Source: Escherichia coli
GTDB taxonomy: Bacteria; Pseudomonadota; Gammaproteobacteria; Enterobacterales; Enterobacteriaceae
NCBI RefSeq assembly: GCF_003334765.1
Contig: NZ_QOWT01000010.1
Direction: 5' to 3' (one strand)
Length of the DNA: 64,000 bases
Both the position numbers and the translations under genes were made by a program. Of this stretch, positions 48,366 to 63,731 are shown piece after piece (the first letter of the stretch is position 1; the number at the start of each line of letters is the position of its first letter). Under the pieces are notes generated by a model. The model was not told the origin of the DNA. It worked only from the letters and a program-made list of their open reading frames with translations, and ran no database searches.

Positions 48366-48998
48366 TTAACGAGTGCCGTAAACGACGATGGTTTTACCGT
48401 GTGCGGAGATCAGGTTCTGATCTTCCAGCATCTTCAGAATGCGTCCCACGGTTTCACGAGAACAGCCGACAATCTGACCAATTTCCTGACGGGTAATTTT
48501 GATTTGCATACCGTCCGGGTGAGTCATAGCGTCTGGTTGTTTTGCCAGATTCAGCAGAGTCTGTGCAATGCGGCCCGTCACGTCGAGGAACGCCAGGTTG
48601 CCCACTTTCTCTGAAGTGACTTGCAGACGACGCGCCATCTGTGCAGACAAACGCATCAGAATGTCCGGGTTTACCTGAATCAATTGGCGAAATTTTTTGT
48701 ACGAAATTTCAGCCACTTCACAGGCGGTTTTCGCACGTACCCATGCGCTACGTTCCTGGCCCTCTTCAAACAGGCCCAGTTCGCCAATAAAATCACCCTG
48801 ATTCAGATAGGAGAGGATCATTTCTTTACCCTCTTCGTCTTTGATCAGCACTGCCACAGAGCCTTTAACGATGTAGTACAGCGTTTCCGCTTTTTCACCC
48901 TGGTGAATAAGCGTGCTCTTGGATGGGTACTTATGAATGTGGCAATGAGACAAGAACCATTCGAGAGTCGGGTCTGTTTGCGGTTTGCCAAGCACCAT
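48366..48998 (-). CDS. crp: cAMP receptor protein (global regulator)
   Basis: 210 aa; cNMP-binding domain and C-terminal HTH ([11 protein letters not shown]). Confidence 0.97.
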
Positions 48999-49112
48999 GC
49001 GCGGTTATCCTCTGTTATAAGCTTTCTCCAGAGCCAGATAACGCCGCTGTCTCTGGATTGCCGAAATATGCTTCCCGCTACCTGGGAAGGGGCTATCAAC
49101 TGTACTGCACGG

Positions 49113-49134
49113 TAATGTGACGTCCTTTGCATAC
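49113..49134. promoter_or_regulatory. Candidate CRP autoregulatory site in the crp/yhfA divergent control region
   Basis: aatgtgacgtcctttgcataca contains a TGTGA half-site plus a weaker TTGCA half-site with 6-bp spacing. Confidence 0.4.
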
Positions 49135-49299
49135 ATGCAGTACATCAATGTATTACTGTAGCATCCTGACTGTTTTAGCATAGCTTTCGCTTTGTGTCTC
49201 CTGGTGTCTCGCTTCAGCATGACCCAGGTCGCCTTCCGTTGCGCGATTTGGTTAGTACGCGTACTCTGTCAGGAAAATTGACGCAGTGGAGTAGCAAAA

Positions 49300-49704
49300 A
49301 TGCAAGCGCGAGTGAAGTGGGTCGAAGGGTTAACTTTTCTGGGCGAATCCGCCTCTGGTCATCAGATTTTAATGGACGGCAACTCAGGCGATAAAGCACC
49401 AAGTCCGATGGAAATGGTGTTGATGGCGGCGGGTGGTTGCAGTGCCATCGATGTGGTTTCGATCCTGCAAAAAGGGCGTCAGGATGTGGTCGATTGTGAA
49501 GTAAAATTGACCTCTGAACGCCGCGAAGAGGCACCACGCCTGTTTACGCACATTAATCTGCATTTTATCGTCACCGGTCGCGACCTGAAAGACGCAGCGG
49601 TTGCGCGTGCGGTTGATCTCTCTGCCGAGAAATATTGTTCAGTGGCGTTGATGCTGGAAAAAGCGGTGAATATTACTCACTCGTATGAAGTGGTTGCCGC
49701 GTGA
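49300..49704 (+). CDS. yhfA: OsmC-family protein
   Basis: 134 aa; recognised YhfA; divergent from crp. Confidence 0.88.
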   Translation: MQARVKWVEGLTFLGESASGHQILMDGNSGDKAPSPMEMVLMAAGGCSAIDVVSILQKGRQDVVDCEVKLTSERREEAPRLFTHINLHFIVTGRDLKDAAVARAVDLSAEKYCSVALMLEKAVNITHSYEVVAA

Positions 49705-49758
49705 CTTAACTATCCCGTTGTGAAGCCGGATAGTATTTTATCCGGCGTAATAGCAGAG

Positions 49759-50628
49759 TTACTCGATTTTCTTTCCTTCCATCAATCGTTGCACCAGCGG
49801 CAGCATAATTAATTCCATTGCCAGACCCATTTTGCCGCCCGGTACCACTAACGTATTGATGTGGGAAATGAATGAGCCTTGCAACATCGCCAGCAGCCAG
49901 GGGAAATCGATCCCTTCCAGATTACGAAAATGGATCACCACAAAGCTTTCATCGAGCGACGGGATACCTTTTGCCGCGAACGGGTTTGAAGTGTCGACGG
50001 TGGGAACGCGCTGGAAGTTAAGATGGGTGCGGGAAAACTGCGGTGTGATGTAGTTGATATAGTCTTCCATTGAACGCACTACTGAGTCCATCACTGCTTC
50101 TCGTGAGTGCCCGCGCTCGCTGGTGTCGCGGATCAGTTTTTGAATCCACTCAAGGTTAACGATAGGCACCACGCCGACCAGTAAGTCCACATGCTGCGCA
50201 ACGTTATGCTGTGGCGTGACTACGCCGCCGTGTAAACCTTCATAAAACAGTACATCAGTGGGTTCCGGTAAAGGTTGCCAGGGGGTGAATGTCCCCGGTA
50301 CCTGATTCCACGGTACGGCTTCGTCGTAGGTATGCAGATATTTGCGAGATTTCCCTTTGCCGCTCTGACCGTATTCAATGAAGGTTTGTTCCAGCAGGCC
50401 GAAGTCGTTAGCCTCGGGGCCGAAGTAGCTGATATGCCGCCCGGCGTCGCGCGCTTTGCGGATCGCCATGTCCATTTCCGGGCGGGTGTAACGGTGAAAA
50501 CTGTCGCCTTCCACCTCAGCTGCATGCAGATTTAACTGCGCGAATATTTTACGAAACGCGAGGCTGGTGGTGGTGGTCCCCGCGCCGCTGGATCCTGTTA
50601 CCGCAATGACCGGATGTTTGGCAGACAT
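49759..50628 (-). CDS. prkB: Phosphoribulokinase homologue (uridine kinase-like P-loop kinase)
   Basis: 289 aa; Walker A VTGSSGAGTTT near the N-terminus. Confidence 0.9.
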   Translation of the reverse strand: MSAKHPVIAVTGSSGAGTTTTSLAFRKIFAQLNLHAAEVEGDSFHRYTRPEMDMAIRKARDAGRHISYFGPEANDFGLLEQTFIEYGQSGKGKSRKYLHTYDEAVPWNQVPGTFTPWQPLPEPTDVLFYEGLHGGVVTPQHNVAQHVDLLVGVVPIVNLEWIQKLIRDTSERGHSREAVMDSVVRSMEDYINYITPQFSRTHLNFQRVPTVDTSNPFAAKGIPSLDESFVVIHFRNLEGIDFPWLLAMLQGSFISHINTLVVPGGKMGLAMELIMLPLVQRLMEGKKIE

Positions 50629-50681
50629 AGTAACTCCATGACTTAGCTATCATTATTATCTCGTCCGCCGACGGTTGCAGG

Positions 50682-50900
50682 TTATTCGCGAAACTGACTG
50701 CGCGGCATAATATTGACCGTTTCGTGCAGCTCCGACCATACCAGCACCGCTTCTCCGCACTGTAGCTGGCGTTTGACGTCGGCGACTTTCTGTTCAAGTG
50801 TACGCTCATGTTCACCATAATCGGTGCCTTCACGTAACACAAAGCTTTCAATTAAATTTTCCAGCGTTTCGGGGGAGAGGTCTTGCCACGGAATCAACAT
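50682..50900 (-). CDS. yheU: Small protein of unknown function (UPF0270)
   Basis: 72 aa ORF; overlaps the yheT stop. Confidence 0.8.
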
Positions 50901-51916
50901 GATTTCGCCTCCAGATACGTTGTTAACCAGTCAGGAATGCGTGACTCCAGCCACATTTGCGGATGAAGTAATGTACCGCCAATAAAGCCAACATGACCGC
51001 CATGTTCAGTCAGTTGATACTCCACCTGCGGGGGGAGACTTTCCGGTTTCGGGATCACCTGATGATCCATAAACGGATCGTCTTTGGCGTGAATAATCAG
51101 CGTCGGTTTGGCGATCCGGTTCAGCATCGGCATGGCGCTACACTGACGATAATAGTCGATAGCGTCGGCGTAGCCGTGAATTCTGGCGGTGATGAGATCG
51201 TCAAATTCACGGATGCGACGTACCGATTTTAACTGCGCGAGATTAATCGGCAGCGTTCCGGGGTAGGCTGCCAGCTTGCGCGCGGCATTGGCTTTTAACA
51301 GGTTCAGCAAGTAACGCTGATAAACGCGGGAAAAGCCCTTTTCCATATGATAGCTACAGGCTTCCAGCATAAACGGCGCAGAGACAATCACCGCCGCATC
51401 AACCGGGAGATCATTGCCTTCCTTTGCCAGCAAACAGGCCAGCATATTACCGCCGAGCGAATAGCCGACGGCAGCCGTTGGCGCATGACCAAATTCGCGT
51501 TGCAGCCAGCGTAAAAACCAACTGGCGTCTTCGGTTTCGCCCGAATGGTAAATGCGGTGCATACGGTTTGGTTCACCGCTGCATCCGCGAAAATGCATCA
51601 CCACGCCCAGCCAGCCGCGCTTTTGCGCCGCCTCAACCAGACCGTGGGCGTAAGGGCTGTTGAGACTGCCTTCCAGCCCGTGAAACACCACCAGACGAGG
51701 TTTATGTTGCGCCTGTGCAGGGTTTTCACTCCACGCAAGATCGACAAAATCGCCGTCGGGCAACTCCAGCCGCTGCCAGTACGGGGTGAATTTCACCTGA
51801 CGACGAAACAGACGCGGCAGCATGGTTTGCAGATGACAATTGCTAAAGCCGCGCATGGGGATGAATTCAGCACTGCTGCTGAATTCATTGGCATCGATCG
51901 TCGTTATCTGCGCCAT
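50894..51916 (-). CDS. yheT: Alpha/beta-fold hydrolase
   Basis: 340 aa; nucleophile elbow GYSLGGN; start overlaps the yheS stop. Confidence 0.88.
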
Positions 51917-53829
51917 CAGTTGCTTTGGCCTTCCAGCAGCATCTGCTCAAGCTGCTCCTGGGCTTCCAGCCATGCCATTTCGCACTCTTCCAGGCCGGAT
52001 TTGGCGCTGGCTTGCTGTTGCAGGCAGGCGGTCAACTCCGCTTTACGGCTCTGGTCATACAGTTCGCTGTCGCCGAGTTTCTCTTCCGCCTGCGCCAGTT
52101 GCGCGTTCAGCTTCTCCATCTCTTTTTCCAGACGGGCAATCTCTTTACGCAGTGGCTGGGTTTGCGCACGCAGCTCAGCTTCCCGACGCTTCTGATCTTT
52201 ACGTGCCTGGGCGCTGTTCGCATTCTCTTTTGGCGCTTCGTCGGTCTGGTTTTCCTGCTTTTGTACGTCGCTCAACCACTGTTGATAATCTTCCAGATCG
52301 CCGTCGAACGGTTCGACTTTACGATCGTGAACCAGGTAGAGATCGTCAGTGGTGGAACGCAGCAAATGACGGTCGTGCGAAACGACAACCAGCGCGCCTT
52401 CAAACTCGATTAATGCTTCGGTGAGTGCCTGACGCATGTCGAGGTCAAGGTGGTTAGTCGGTTCGTCGAGCAGCAGCAGATTCGGCCGCTGCCAGACAAT
52501 TAATGCCAGCACCAGGCGGGCTTTTTCCCCACCGGAGAAGCGGCGCGTTTCTTCGGTTACTTTATCGCCCTGGAAACCAAAGCCGCCGAGGTAGTCACGC
52601 AGTTTTTGTTCCAGCTCCTGCGGCGCTAAACGTGCCAGATGTTGAATAGGTGATTCGTCGGCGCGCAGGTATTCAAGTTGATGCTGGGCGAAGTAGCCGA
52701 GTTTGATCCCTTTCGCCAGACCAATTTCACCGCTGACTGGCGCAAGTTCACCGGCTAACAGTTTGATTAATGTCGATTTACCCGCGCCATTGCGGCCTAA
52801 CAGACCAATACGCGAGCCGGGCACCAGGTTCAGTTTAATCGAGTCGAGAATAATGCGATCGCCATAGCCCGCGCTGACTTTTTCCATCTTCAGTAACGGA
52901 TTTGGCAGGCTTTCCGGCGCGCGGAAGCTAAAGCGGAACGGGTTGTCGACGTGCGCGGGGGCAATTAGCTCCATACGCTCGAGCATCTTAATGCGGCTCT
53001 GGGCCTGCTTCGCTTTGGTGGCTTTGGCACGGAAACGGTCGATATAACTTTGCAGATGCGCTACGCGTTCCTGCTGGCTTTCGTACATCGCTTGTTGCTG
53101 CGCCAGACGGGTGGCGCGCTGTACTTCAAACGAACTGTAGTTGCCGGTGTACTCGAACATGCTTTGTTGTTCGATATGAATAATTTTATCGACGATCGGA
53201 TCGAGGAAGTCGCGGTCGTGAGAGATCAGGATCAGCGTGCCCTGATAGCTCTTCAGCCATTTTTCCAGCCAGATAACGGCATCGAGATCGAGGTGGTTAG
53301 TCGGTTCGTCGAGCAGCAGCAAGTCTGAACGGCAAATCAGCGCCTGGGCAAGGTTAAGACGCATACGCCAGCCCCCGGAAAAATCACTTACCGGGCGCTC
53401 CAGTTGTTCATTGCTGAAACCGAGGCCGTGCAGCAGGCTGGCAGCACGGGAGCGAATACTCCATGCGTCAATAGCATCCAGCTTGCCATGAATGGTCGCA
53501 ATGGCGTGCCCGTCGTTACGTTCGTTGGCGTCGTGTAGCTGCGCTTCTAGTTGACGATATTCACGGTCGCCGTCAATGACATATTCCAGCGCCGCTTGCG
53601 GTAACGCCGGCGTTTCCTGATTCACCCACGCCAGTTGCCAGCTTCCCGGAAAGGTGTAGCTGCCGCCGTCGGCGCTGATTTCATTTTTCAGCAATGCCAG
53701 CAGGGTAGATTTACCACAGCCGTTTTTACCCACCAGGCCGACTTTCTGCCCAGGGTTGATGGTGGCGGTGGCATTATCCAGCAGGACGCGCACGCCGCGA
53801 CGAATTTGTAACGAGGAGAAAACAATCAT
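51916..53829 (-). CDS. yheS: ABC-F family ATPase (tandem ABC domains, no TM domain; ribosome-associated type)
   Basis: 637 aa; two Walker A motifs (GKNGCGKST, GRNGAGKST) and two ABC signatures (FSGG), with a charged coiled-coil linker and C-terminal extension. Confidence 0.92.
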   Translation of the reverse strand: MIVFSSLQIRRGVRVLLDNATATINPGQKVGLVGKNGCGKSTLLALLKNEISADGGSYTFPGSWQLAWVNQETPALPQAALEYVIDGDREYRQLEAQLHDANERNDGHAIATIHGKLDAIDAWSIRSRAASLLHGLGFSNEQLERPVSDFSGGWRMRLNLAQALICRSDLLLLDEPTNHLDLDAVIWLEKWLKSYQGTLILISHDRDFLDPIVDKIIHIEQQSMFEYTGNYSSFEVQRATRLAQQQAMYESQQERVAHLQSYIDRFRAKATKAKQAQSRIKMLERMELIAPAHVDNPFRFSFRAPESLPNPLLKMEKVSAGYGDRIILDSIKLNLVPGSRIGLLGRNGAGKSTLIKLLAGELAPVSGEIGLAKGIKLGYFAQHQLEYLRADESPIQHLARLAPQELEQKLRDYLGGFGFQGDKVTEETRRFSGGEKARLVLALIVWQRPNLLLLDEPTNHLDLDMRQALTEALIEFEGALVVVSHDRHLLRSTTDDLYLVHDRKVEPFDGDLEDYQQWLSDVQKQENQTDEAPKENANSAQARKDQKRREAELRAQTQPLRKEIARLEKEMEKLNAQLAQAEEKLGDSELYDQSRKAELTACLQQQASAKSGLEECEMAWLEAQEQLEQMLLEGQSN

Positions 53830-53956
53830 AAGGTGCCGTATGTTCAGACTATGTTAACTTATCATTATGATAATGTAATGTATGGGCGAGCTGCCGCACC
53901 GGGCGCAATGGTAGCCCAAAACAGCGACTATACACAAAAACCATACCGGGAGGGGG

Positions 53957-54511
53957 ATGATGTCTCAGCCAGCGAAAGTTTTGCTGCTGTATGCCCATCC
54001 GGAATCTCAGGACTCGGTGGCAAACCGGGTACTGCTTAAACCGGCCACGCAGCTCAGCAATGTTACCGTGCACGACCTTTACGCGCACTATCCCGATTTT
54101 TTTATTGATATCCCCCGTGAGCAGGCATTACTGCGCGAGCACGAGGTGATTGTCTTTCAGCATCCTCTTTATACCTATAGCTGCCCGGCGCTACTGAAAG
54201 AGTGGCTGGACCGGGTATTAAGTCGTGGTTTTGCCAGCGGGCCGGGAGGAAACCAACTGGCGGGAAAGTACTGGCGTAGCGTGATTACCACCGGCGAGCC
54301 GGAAAGTGCTTACCGTTATGACGCGCTGAATCGCTACCCGATGAGCGATGTGCTGCGCCCCTTTGAACTGGCGGCGGGCATGTGCCGGATGCATTGGTTA
54401 AGTCCCATCATTATTTACTGGGCGAGACGGCAAAGCGCACAGGAGCTGGCGAGCCACGCCAGAGCCTACGGTGACTGGCTGGCAAATCCGCTGTCTCCAG
54501 GAGGCCGCTGA
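53957..54511 (+). CDS. kefG: KefB ancillary protein (flavodoxin-like quinone oxidoreductase fold)
   Basis: 184 aa; stop overlaps the kefB start. Confidence 0.92.
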
Positions 54512-56316
54512 TGGAAGGTTCCGATTTTTTACTCGCAGGAGTGCTGTTTCTCTTCGCGGCGGTGGCTGCGGTGCCGCTGGCATCGCGGCTGGGTATTGGC
54601 GCTGTGTTGGGATATTTGCTGGCAGGGATTGCAATTGGCCCGTGGGGGCTGGGGTTTATTAGCGACGTCGATGAGATCCTCCACTTTTCGGAACTCGGCG
54701 TGGTATTCCTGATGTTTATCATCGGCCTTGAGTTGAATCCCTCCAAACTTTGGCAACTGCGGCGTTCGATTTTTGGCGTAGGCGCGGCACAGGTGCTGTT
54801 AAGCGCGGCGTTGCTGGCGGGATTATTGATGCTGACGGATTTCGCCTGGCAGGCGGCGGTGGTCGGTGGCATTGGCCTTGCGATGTCTTCAACTGCAATG
54901 GCGTTGCAATTGATGCGTGAGAAAGGGATGAATCGCAGCGAATCCGGCCAGCTCGGGTTTTCGGTTCTGCTGTTTCAGGATCTGGCAGTAATCCCAGCAC
55001 TGGCGTTAGTGCCGTTGTTGGCGGGGTCGGCAGACGAACATTTCGACTGGATGAAGGTCGGCATGAAGGTGCTGGCGTTTGTCGGCATGCTGATTGGTGG
55101 GCGCTATTTACTGCGTCCGGTATTCCGCTTTATTGCAGCTTCTGGCGTGCGGGAAGTGTTCACCGCCGCGACGCTGCTGCTGGTGTTGGGTTCCGCATTG
55201 TTTATGGATGCGCTGGGGCTGTCGATGGCGCTCGGTACATTTATTGCGGGCGTGCTGCTGGCGGAAAGTGAATATCGCCATGAACTGGAAACGGCTATCG
55301 ATCCCTTCAAAGGCTTGCTGCTCGGTTTGTTCTTTATCTCTGTCGGCATGTCACTCAACCTCGGGGTGCTTTATACCCATCTGTTGTGGGTAGTGATAAG
55401 CGTGGTTGTGCTGGTGGCGGTGAAAATTCTCGTGCTGTATCTGCTGGCGCGATTGTATGGCGTGCGTAGCTCAGAGCGGATGCAGTTTGCTGGCGTGTTG
55501 AGTCAGGGTGGTGAGTTTGCCTTTGTCCTCTTTTCTACCGCTTCTTCACAACGCTTATTCCAGGGCGACCAGATGGCGTTGTTGCTGGTGACGGTGACGC
55601 TTTCCATGATGACCACGCCGTTGCTGATGAAGCTGGTGGATAAATGGCTATCCCGCCAGTTTAACGGACCGGAAGAAGAAGACGAAAAACCGTGGGTCAA
55701 CGATGATAAACCCCAGGTCATTGTCGTGGGCTTCGGGCGTTTTGGTCAGGTGATTGGTCGTTTGCTGATGGCAAATAAAATGCGCATTACCGTGCTGGAG
55801 CGGGATATCAGCGCCGTTAACCTGATGCGTAAATACGGCTACAAAGTTTATTACGGCGACGCCACGCAGGTCGATCTTTTACGTTCTGCGGGTGCAGAGG
55901 CCGCTGAGTCTATCGTCATTACCTGTAACGAGCCGGAAGACACCATGAAGCTGGTGGAAATATGCCAACAGCACTTTCCGCATTTGCATATTCTTGCGCG
56001 AGCGCGCGGACGTGTGGAAGCGCATGAGTTATTACAGGCAGGGGTGACGCAGTTTTCCCGTGAAACATTCTCCAGTGCGTTAGAGCTGGGGCGCAAGACG
56101 CTGGTCACGCTTGGCATGCATCCGCATCAGGCACAGCGAGCGCAACTGCATTTTCGCCGCCTGGATATGCGGATGCTGCGAGAGCTCATCCCAATGCATG
56201 CCGATACCGTACAAATTTCTCGCGCCAGGGAAGCCCGACGCGAACTGGAAGAGATTTTCCAGCGTGAAATGCAACAAGAACGACGCCAGCTGGACGGCTG
56301 GGATGAATTTGAGTAG
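54511..56316 (+). CDS. kefB: Glutathione-regulated potassium-efflux system protein KefB
   Basis: 601 aa; N-terminal polytopic CPA2 antiporter domain, C-terminal KTN/RCK domain ([11 protein letters not shown]). Confidence 0.95.
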   Translation: MEGSDFLLAGVLFLFAAVAAVPLASRLGIGAVLGYLLAGIAIGPWGLGFISDVDEILHFSELGVVFLMFIIGLELNPSKLWQLRRSIFGVGAAQVLLSAALLAGLLMLTDFAWQAAVVGGIGLAMSSTAMALQLMREKGMNRSESGQLGFSVLLFQDLAVIPALALVPLLAGSADEHFDWMKVGMKVLAFVGMLIGGRYLLRPVFRFIAASGVREVFTAATLLLVLGSALFMDALGLSMALGTFIAGVLLAESEYRHELETAIDPFKGLLLGLFFISVGMSLNLGVLYTHLLWVVISVVVLVAVKILVLYLLARLYGVRSSERMQFAGVLSQGGEFAFVLFSTASSQRLFQGDQMALLLVTVTLSMMTTPLLMKLVDKWLSRQFNGPEEEDEKPWVNDDKPQVIVVGFGRFGQVIGRLLMANKMRITVLERDISAVNLMRKYGYKVYYGDATQVDLLRSAGAEAAESIVITCNEPEDTMKLVEICQQHFPHLHILARARGRVEAHELLQAGVTQFSRETFSSALELGRKTLVTLGMHPHQAQRAQLHFRRLDMRMLRELIPMHADTVQISRAREARRELEEIFQREMQQERRQLDGWDEFE

Positions 56317-56325
56317 AGGGTAAAG

Positions 56326-56526
56326 ATGGCAATCCGAAAACGTTTTATTGCGGGCGCAAAATGCCCGGCCTGTCAGGCGCAGGATTCAATGGCGATGTGG
56401 CGCGAAAATAATATTGATATTGTTGAATGTGTTAAGTGCGGACATCAGATGCGAGAAGCAGACAAAGAAGCCCGCGATCACGTTCGCAAAGATGAGCAAG
56501 TGATCGGGATTTTTCATCCGGACTAG
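56326..56526 (+). CDS. yheV: Small zinc-ribbon protein
   Basis: 66 aa with two CxxC pairs (CPAC, CVKC). Confidence 0.8.
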   Translation: MAIRKRFIAGAKCPACQAQDSMAMWRENNIDIVECVKCGHQMREADKEARDHVRKDEQVIGIFHPD

Positions 56527-56620
56527 CGATATGCGCCGAGTTTTTTTAAGCTAGTGAGTACACGGCTGCAGAATTCCGCTACAATCTGCGCCACTATTCT
56601 TCCCATGCTCAGGAGATATC

Positions 56621-57211
56621 ATGAAAGTAGCAAAAGACCTGGTGGTCAGCCTGGCCTATCAGGTACGTACAGAAGACGGTGTGTTGGTTGATGAGTCTCC
56701 GGTGAGTGCGCCGCTGGACTACCTGCATGGTCACGGTTCCCTGATCTCTGGCCTGGAAACGGCGCTGGAAGGTCATGAAGTTGGCGACAAATTTGATGTC
56801 GCTGTTGGCGCGAACGACGCTTACGGTCAGTACGACGAAAACCTGGTGCAACGTGTTCCTAAAGACGTATTTATGGGCGTTGATGAACTGCAGGTAGGTA
56901 TGCGTTTCCTGGCTGAAACCGACCAGGGTCCGGTACCGGTTGAAATCACTGCGGTTGAAGACGATCACGTCGTGGTTGATGGTAACCACATGCTGGCCGG
57001 TCAGAACCTGAAATTCAACGTTGAAGTTGTGGCGATTCGCGAAGCGACTGAAGAAGAACTGGCTCATGGTCACGTTCACGGCGCGCACGATCACCACCAC
57101 GATCACGACCACGACGGTTGCTGCGGCGGTCATGGCCACGATCACGGTCATGAACACGGTGGCGAAGGCTGCTGTGGCGGTAAAGGCAACGGCGGTTGCG
57201 GTTGCCACTAA
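56621..57211 (+). CDS. slyD: FKBP-type peptidyl-prolyl isomerase/metallochaperone SlyD
   Basis: 196 aa; FKBP domain plus a His/Cys/Gly-rich C-terminal metal-binding tail. Confidence 0.95.
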   Translation: MKVAKDLVVSLAYQVRTEDGVLVDESPVSAPLDYLHGHGSLISGLETALEGHEVGDKFDVAVGANDAYGQYDENLVQRVPKDVFMGVDELQVGMRFLAETDQGPVPVEITAVEDDHVVVDGNHMLAGQNLKFNVEVVAIREATEEELAHGHVHGAHDHHHDHDHDGCCGGHGHDHGHEHGGEGCCGGKGNGGCGCH

Positions 57212-57225
57212 TACCGAAAAAGTGA

Positions 57226-57254
57226 CAAAAAAGCGGGGAATCCCCGCTTTTTTT
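57226..57254. terminator. Bidirectional intrinsic terminator between convergent slyD and slyX
   Basis: aaaaagcggggaatccccgcttttttt: GC hairpin flanked by an A-run and a T-run. Confidence 0.75.
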
Positions 57255-57259
57255 ACGCC

Positions 57260-57478
57260 TCAATAATGTGGCGGTGGCGTTTCTTCAGCCTGCGACGCGA
57301 TGTTCGACGGCTGGCTGGCTTTTAACTTCTCGGTCAGCAGACGCAGATGATCGCGCAGTTTCGCCATCTCCATTTCATGAGCGGTCACCGTGACGTTCAG
57401 TTCTTCAATGGTGATTTCCTGAAAAGCCAGTCGGCTCTCCAGCTCTGCCAGGCGTGCTTCCAATGATAAATCCTGCAT
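57260..57478 (-). CDS. slyX: Protein SlyX
   Basis: 72 aa, coiled-coil-like; convergent with slyD. Confidence 0.88.
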
Positions 57479-57698
57479 GATTCACCTCTTTTGTCGAATG
57501 GTCGCCGCGGATTCTACTTAACTTTGCTGCCCGAGACAGCACTCATTTCGCGGTCATCGAAACTAATTTAAACAAAAAGAGTCTGAAAATAGATGATAAT
57601 AGGGCGTGTCTGTATGTAGATTTGTTCGACAACGCTTTATAGTACCCTTCTGATAATAGTTAACCCTGGGGTGAGATGCCCCGATCCTGGAGATATGG

Positions 57699-58511
57699 AT
57701 GAAATCACTGTTTAAAGTAACACTGCTGGCGACCACAATGGCCGTTGCCCTGCATGCACCAATCACTTTTGCTGCTGAAGCTGCAAAACCTGCTACAGCT
57801 GCTGACAGCAAAGCAGCGTTCAAAAATGACGATCAGAAATCAGCTTATGCACTGGGTGCCTCGCTGGGTCGTTACATGGAAAACTCTCTAAAAGAACAAG
57901 AAAAACTGGGCATCAAACTGGATAAAGATCAGCTGATCGCTGGTGTTCAGGATGCATTTGCTGATAAGAGCAAACTCTCCGACCAAGAGATCGAACAGAC
58001 TCTACAAGCATTCGAAGCTCGCGTGAAGTCTTCTGCTCAGGCGAAGATGGAAAAAGACGCGGCTGATAACGAAGCAAAAGGTAAAGAGTACCGCGAGAAA
58101 TTTGCCAAAGAGAAAGGTGTGAAAACCTCTTCAACTGGTCTGGTTTATCAGGTAGTAGAAGCCGGTAAAGGCGAAGCACCGAAAGACAGCGATACTGTTG
58201 TAGTGAACTACAAAGGTACGCTGATCGACGGTAAAGAGTTCGACAACTCTTACACCCGTGGTGAACCGCTTTCTTTCCGTCTGGACGGTGTTATCCCGGG
58301 TTGGACAGAAGGTCTGAAGAACATCAAGAAAGGCGGTAAGATCAAACTGGTTATTCCACCAGAACTGGCTTACGGCAAAGCGGGCGTTCCGGGGATCCCA
58401 CCGAATTCTACCCTGGTGTTTGACGTAGAGCTGCTGGATGTGAAACCAGCGCCGAAGGCTGATGCAAAGCCGGAAGCTGATGCGAAAGCCGCAGATTCTG
58501 CTAAAAAATAA
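57699..58511 (+). CDS. fkpA: Periplasmic FKBP-type peptidyl-prolyl isomerase FkpA
   Basis: 270 aa; signal peptide, FKBP domain, Lys/Ala/Asp-rich C-terminal tail. Confidence 0.95.
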   Translation: MKSLFKVTLLATTMAVALHAPITFAAEAAKPATAADSKAAFKNDDQKSAYALGASLGRYMENSLKEQEKLGIKLDKDQLIAGVQDAFADKSKLSDQEIEQTLQAFEARVKSSAQAKMEKDAADNEAKGKEYREKFAKEKGVKTSSTGLVYQVVEAGKGEAPKDSDTVVVNYKGTLIDGKEFDNSYTRGEPLSFRLDGVIPGWTEGLKNIKKGGKIKLVIPPELAYGKAGVPGIPPNSTLVFDVELLDVKPAPKADAKPEADAKAADSAKK

Positions 58512-58520
58512 GCATTAAGA

Positions 58521-58552
58521 ACCGCCGCCTGACCAGGCGGCGGTTTTTTTAT
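58521..58552 (+). terminator. Intrinsic terminator after fkpA
   Basis: accgccgcc-tgaccag-ggcggcggt followed by ttttttt. Confidence 0.75.
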
Positions 58553-58677
58553 TACAGGCCGGATATAATTAGTGCTGGAAAGCGGAACCTCCGCTGTATT
58601 AATTTAGTTACCCGCATCATTAATGAGCCTGCCCTGAAAAGTTAACGACAGGCTCCTGAAAAGGAGTGTTTTTTTTC

Positions 58678-59785
<1,108 letters not shown>

Positions 59786-59786
<1 letters not shown>

Positions 59787-60145
59787 TGAAACGAATTGCG
59801 TTTGTTTTTTCTACTGCACCTCATGGTACAGCCGCAGGCCGGGAAGGTTTAGATGCTTTACTGGCAACTTCCGCATTAACTGACGATCTGGCTGTCTTCT
59901 TTATAGCTGATGGCGTTTTTCAGCTGCTGCCAGGACAAAAGCCCGATGCAGTGCTGGCGCGTGATTACATTGCCACTTTTAAATTGTTGGGTCTGTACGA
60001 CATTGAACAGTGCTGGGTTTGTGCGGCTTCACTGCGCGAACGCGGGTTAGATCCGCAGACACCCTTTGTTGTCGAAGCCACGCCGCTCGAAGCAGATGCC
60101 TTACGCCGCGAACTCGCCAACTACGATGTTATTTTGAGGTTTTGA
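59786..60145 (+). CDS. tusC: Sulfur relay protein TusC
   Basis: 119 aa; start overlaps the tusD stop. Confidence 0.92.
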
Positions 60146-60152
60146 GGCGTTT

Positions 60153-60440
60153 ATGCTGCACACATTACATCGCTCACCCTGGCTGACGGATTTTGCTGCG
60201 CTGCTGCGTCTGCTCAGTGAAGGAGACGAACTGCTATTATTGCAAGATGGCGTAACTGCCGCAGTTGACGGTAACCGCTACCTTGAAAGTCTGCGTAATG
60301 CCCCCATTAAGGTCTATGCCCTGAACGAAGACCTTATTGCCCGCGGTTTGACTGGTCAAATTTCGAACGACATCATTCTCATTGACTATACTGATTTCGT
60401 CAGACTTACGGTTAAGCACCCCAGCCAGATGGCCTGGTGA
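60153..60440 (+). CDS. tusB: Sulfur relay protein TusB
   Basis: 95 aa. Confidence 0.92.
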   Translation: MLHTLHRSPWLTDFAALLRLLSEGDELLLLQDGVTAAVDGNRYLESLRNAPIKVYALNEDLIARGLTGQISNDIILIDYTDFVRLTVKHPSQMAW

Positions 60441-60462
60441 TGGCGGGATCGTTGTATATTTC

Positions 60463-61507
<1,045 letters not shown>

Positions 61508-61591
61508 TCCCTTCGGAGTTTTAGTCACCAGGCGGGCGCTTCCAGTAAGCAGCCCGCTTTGGGCTACTTAAATTGAACGCCTAAAAGATAA

Positions 61592-63718
<2,127 letters not shown>

Positions 63719-63731
63719 GCCTAAGGGTTAA

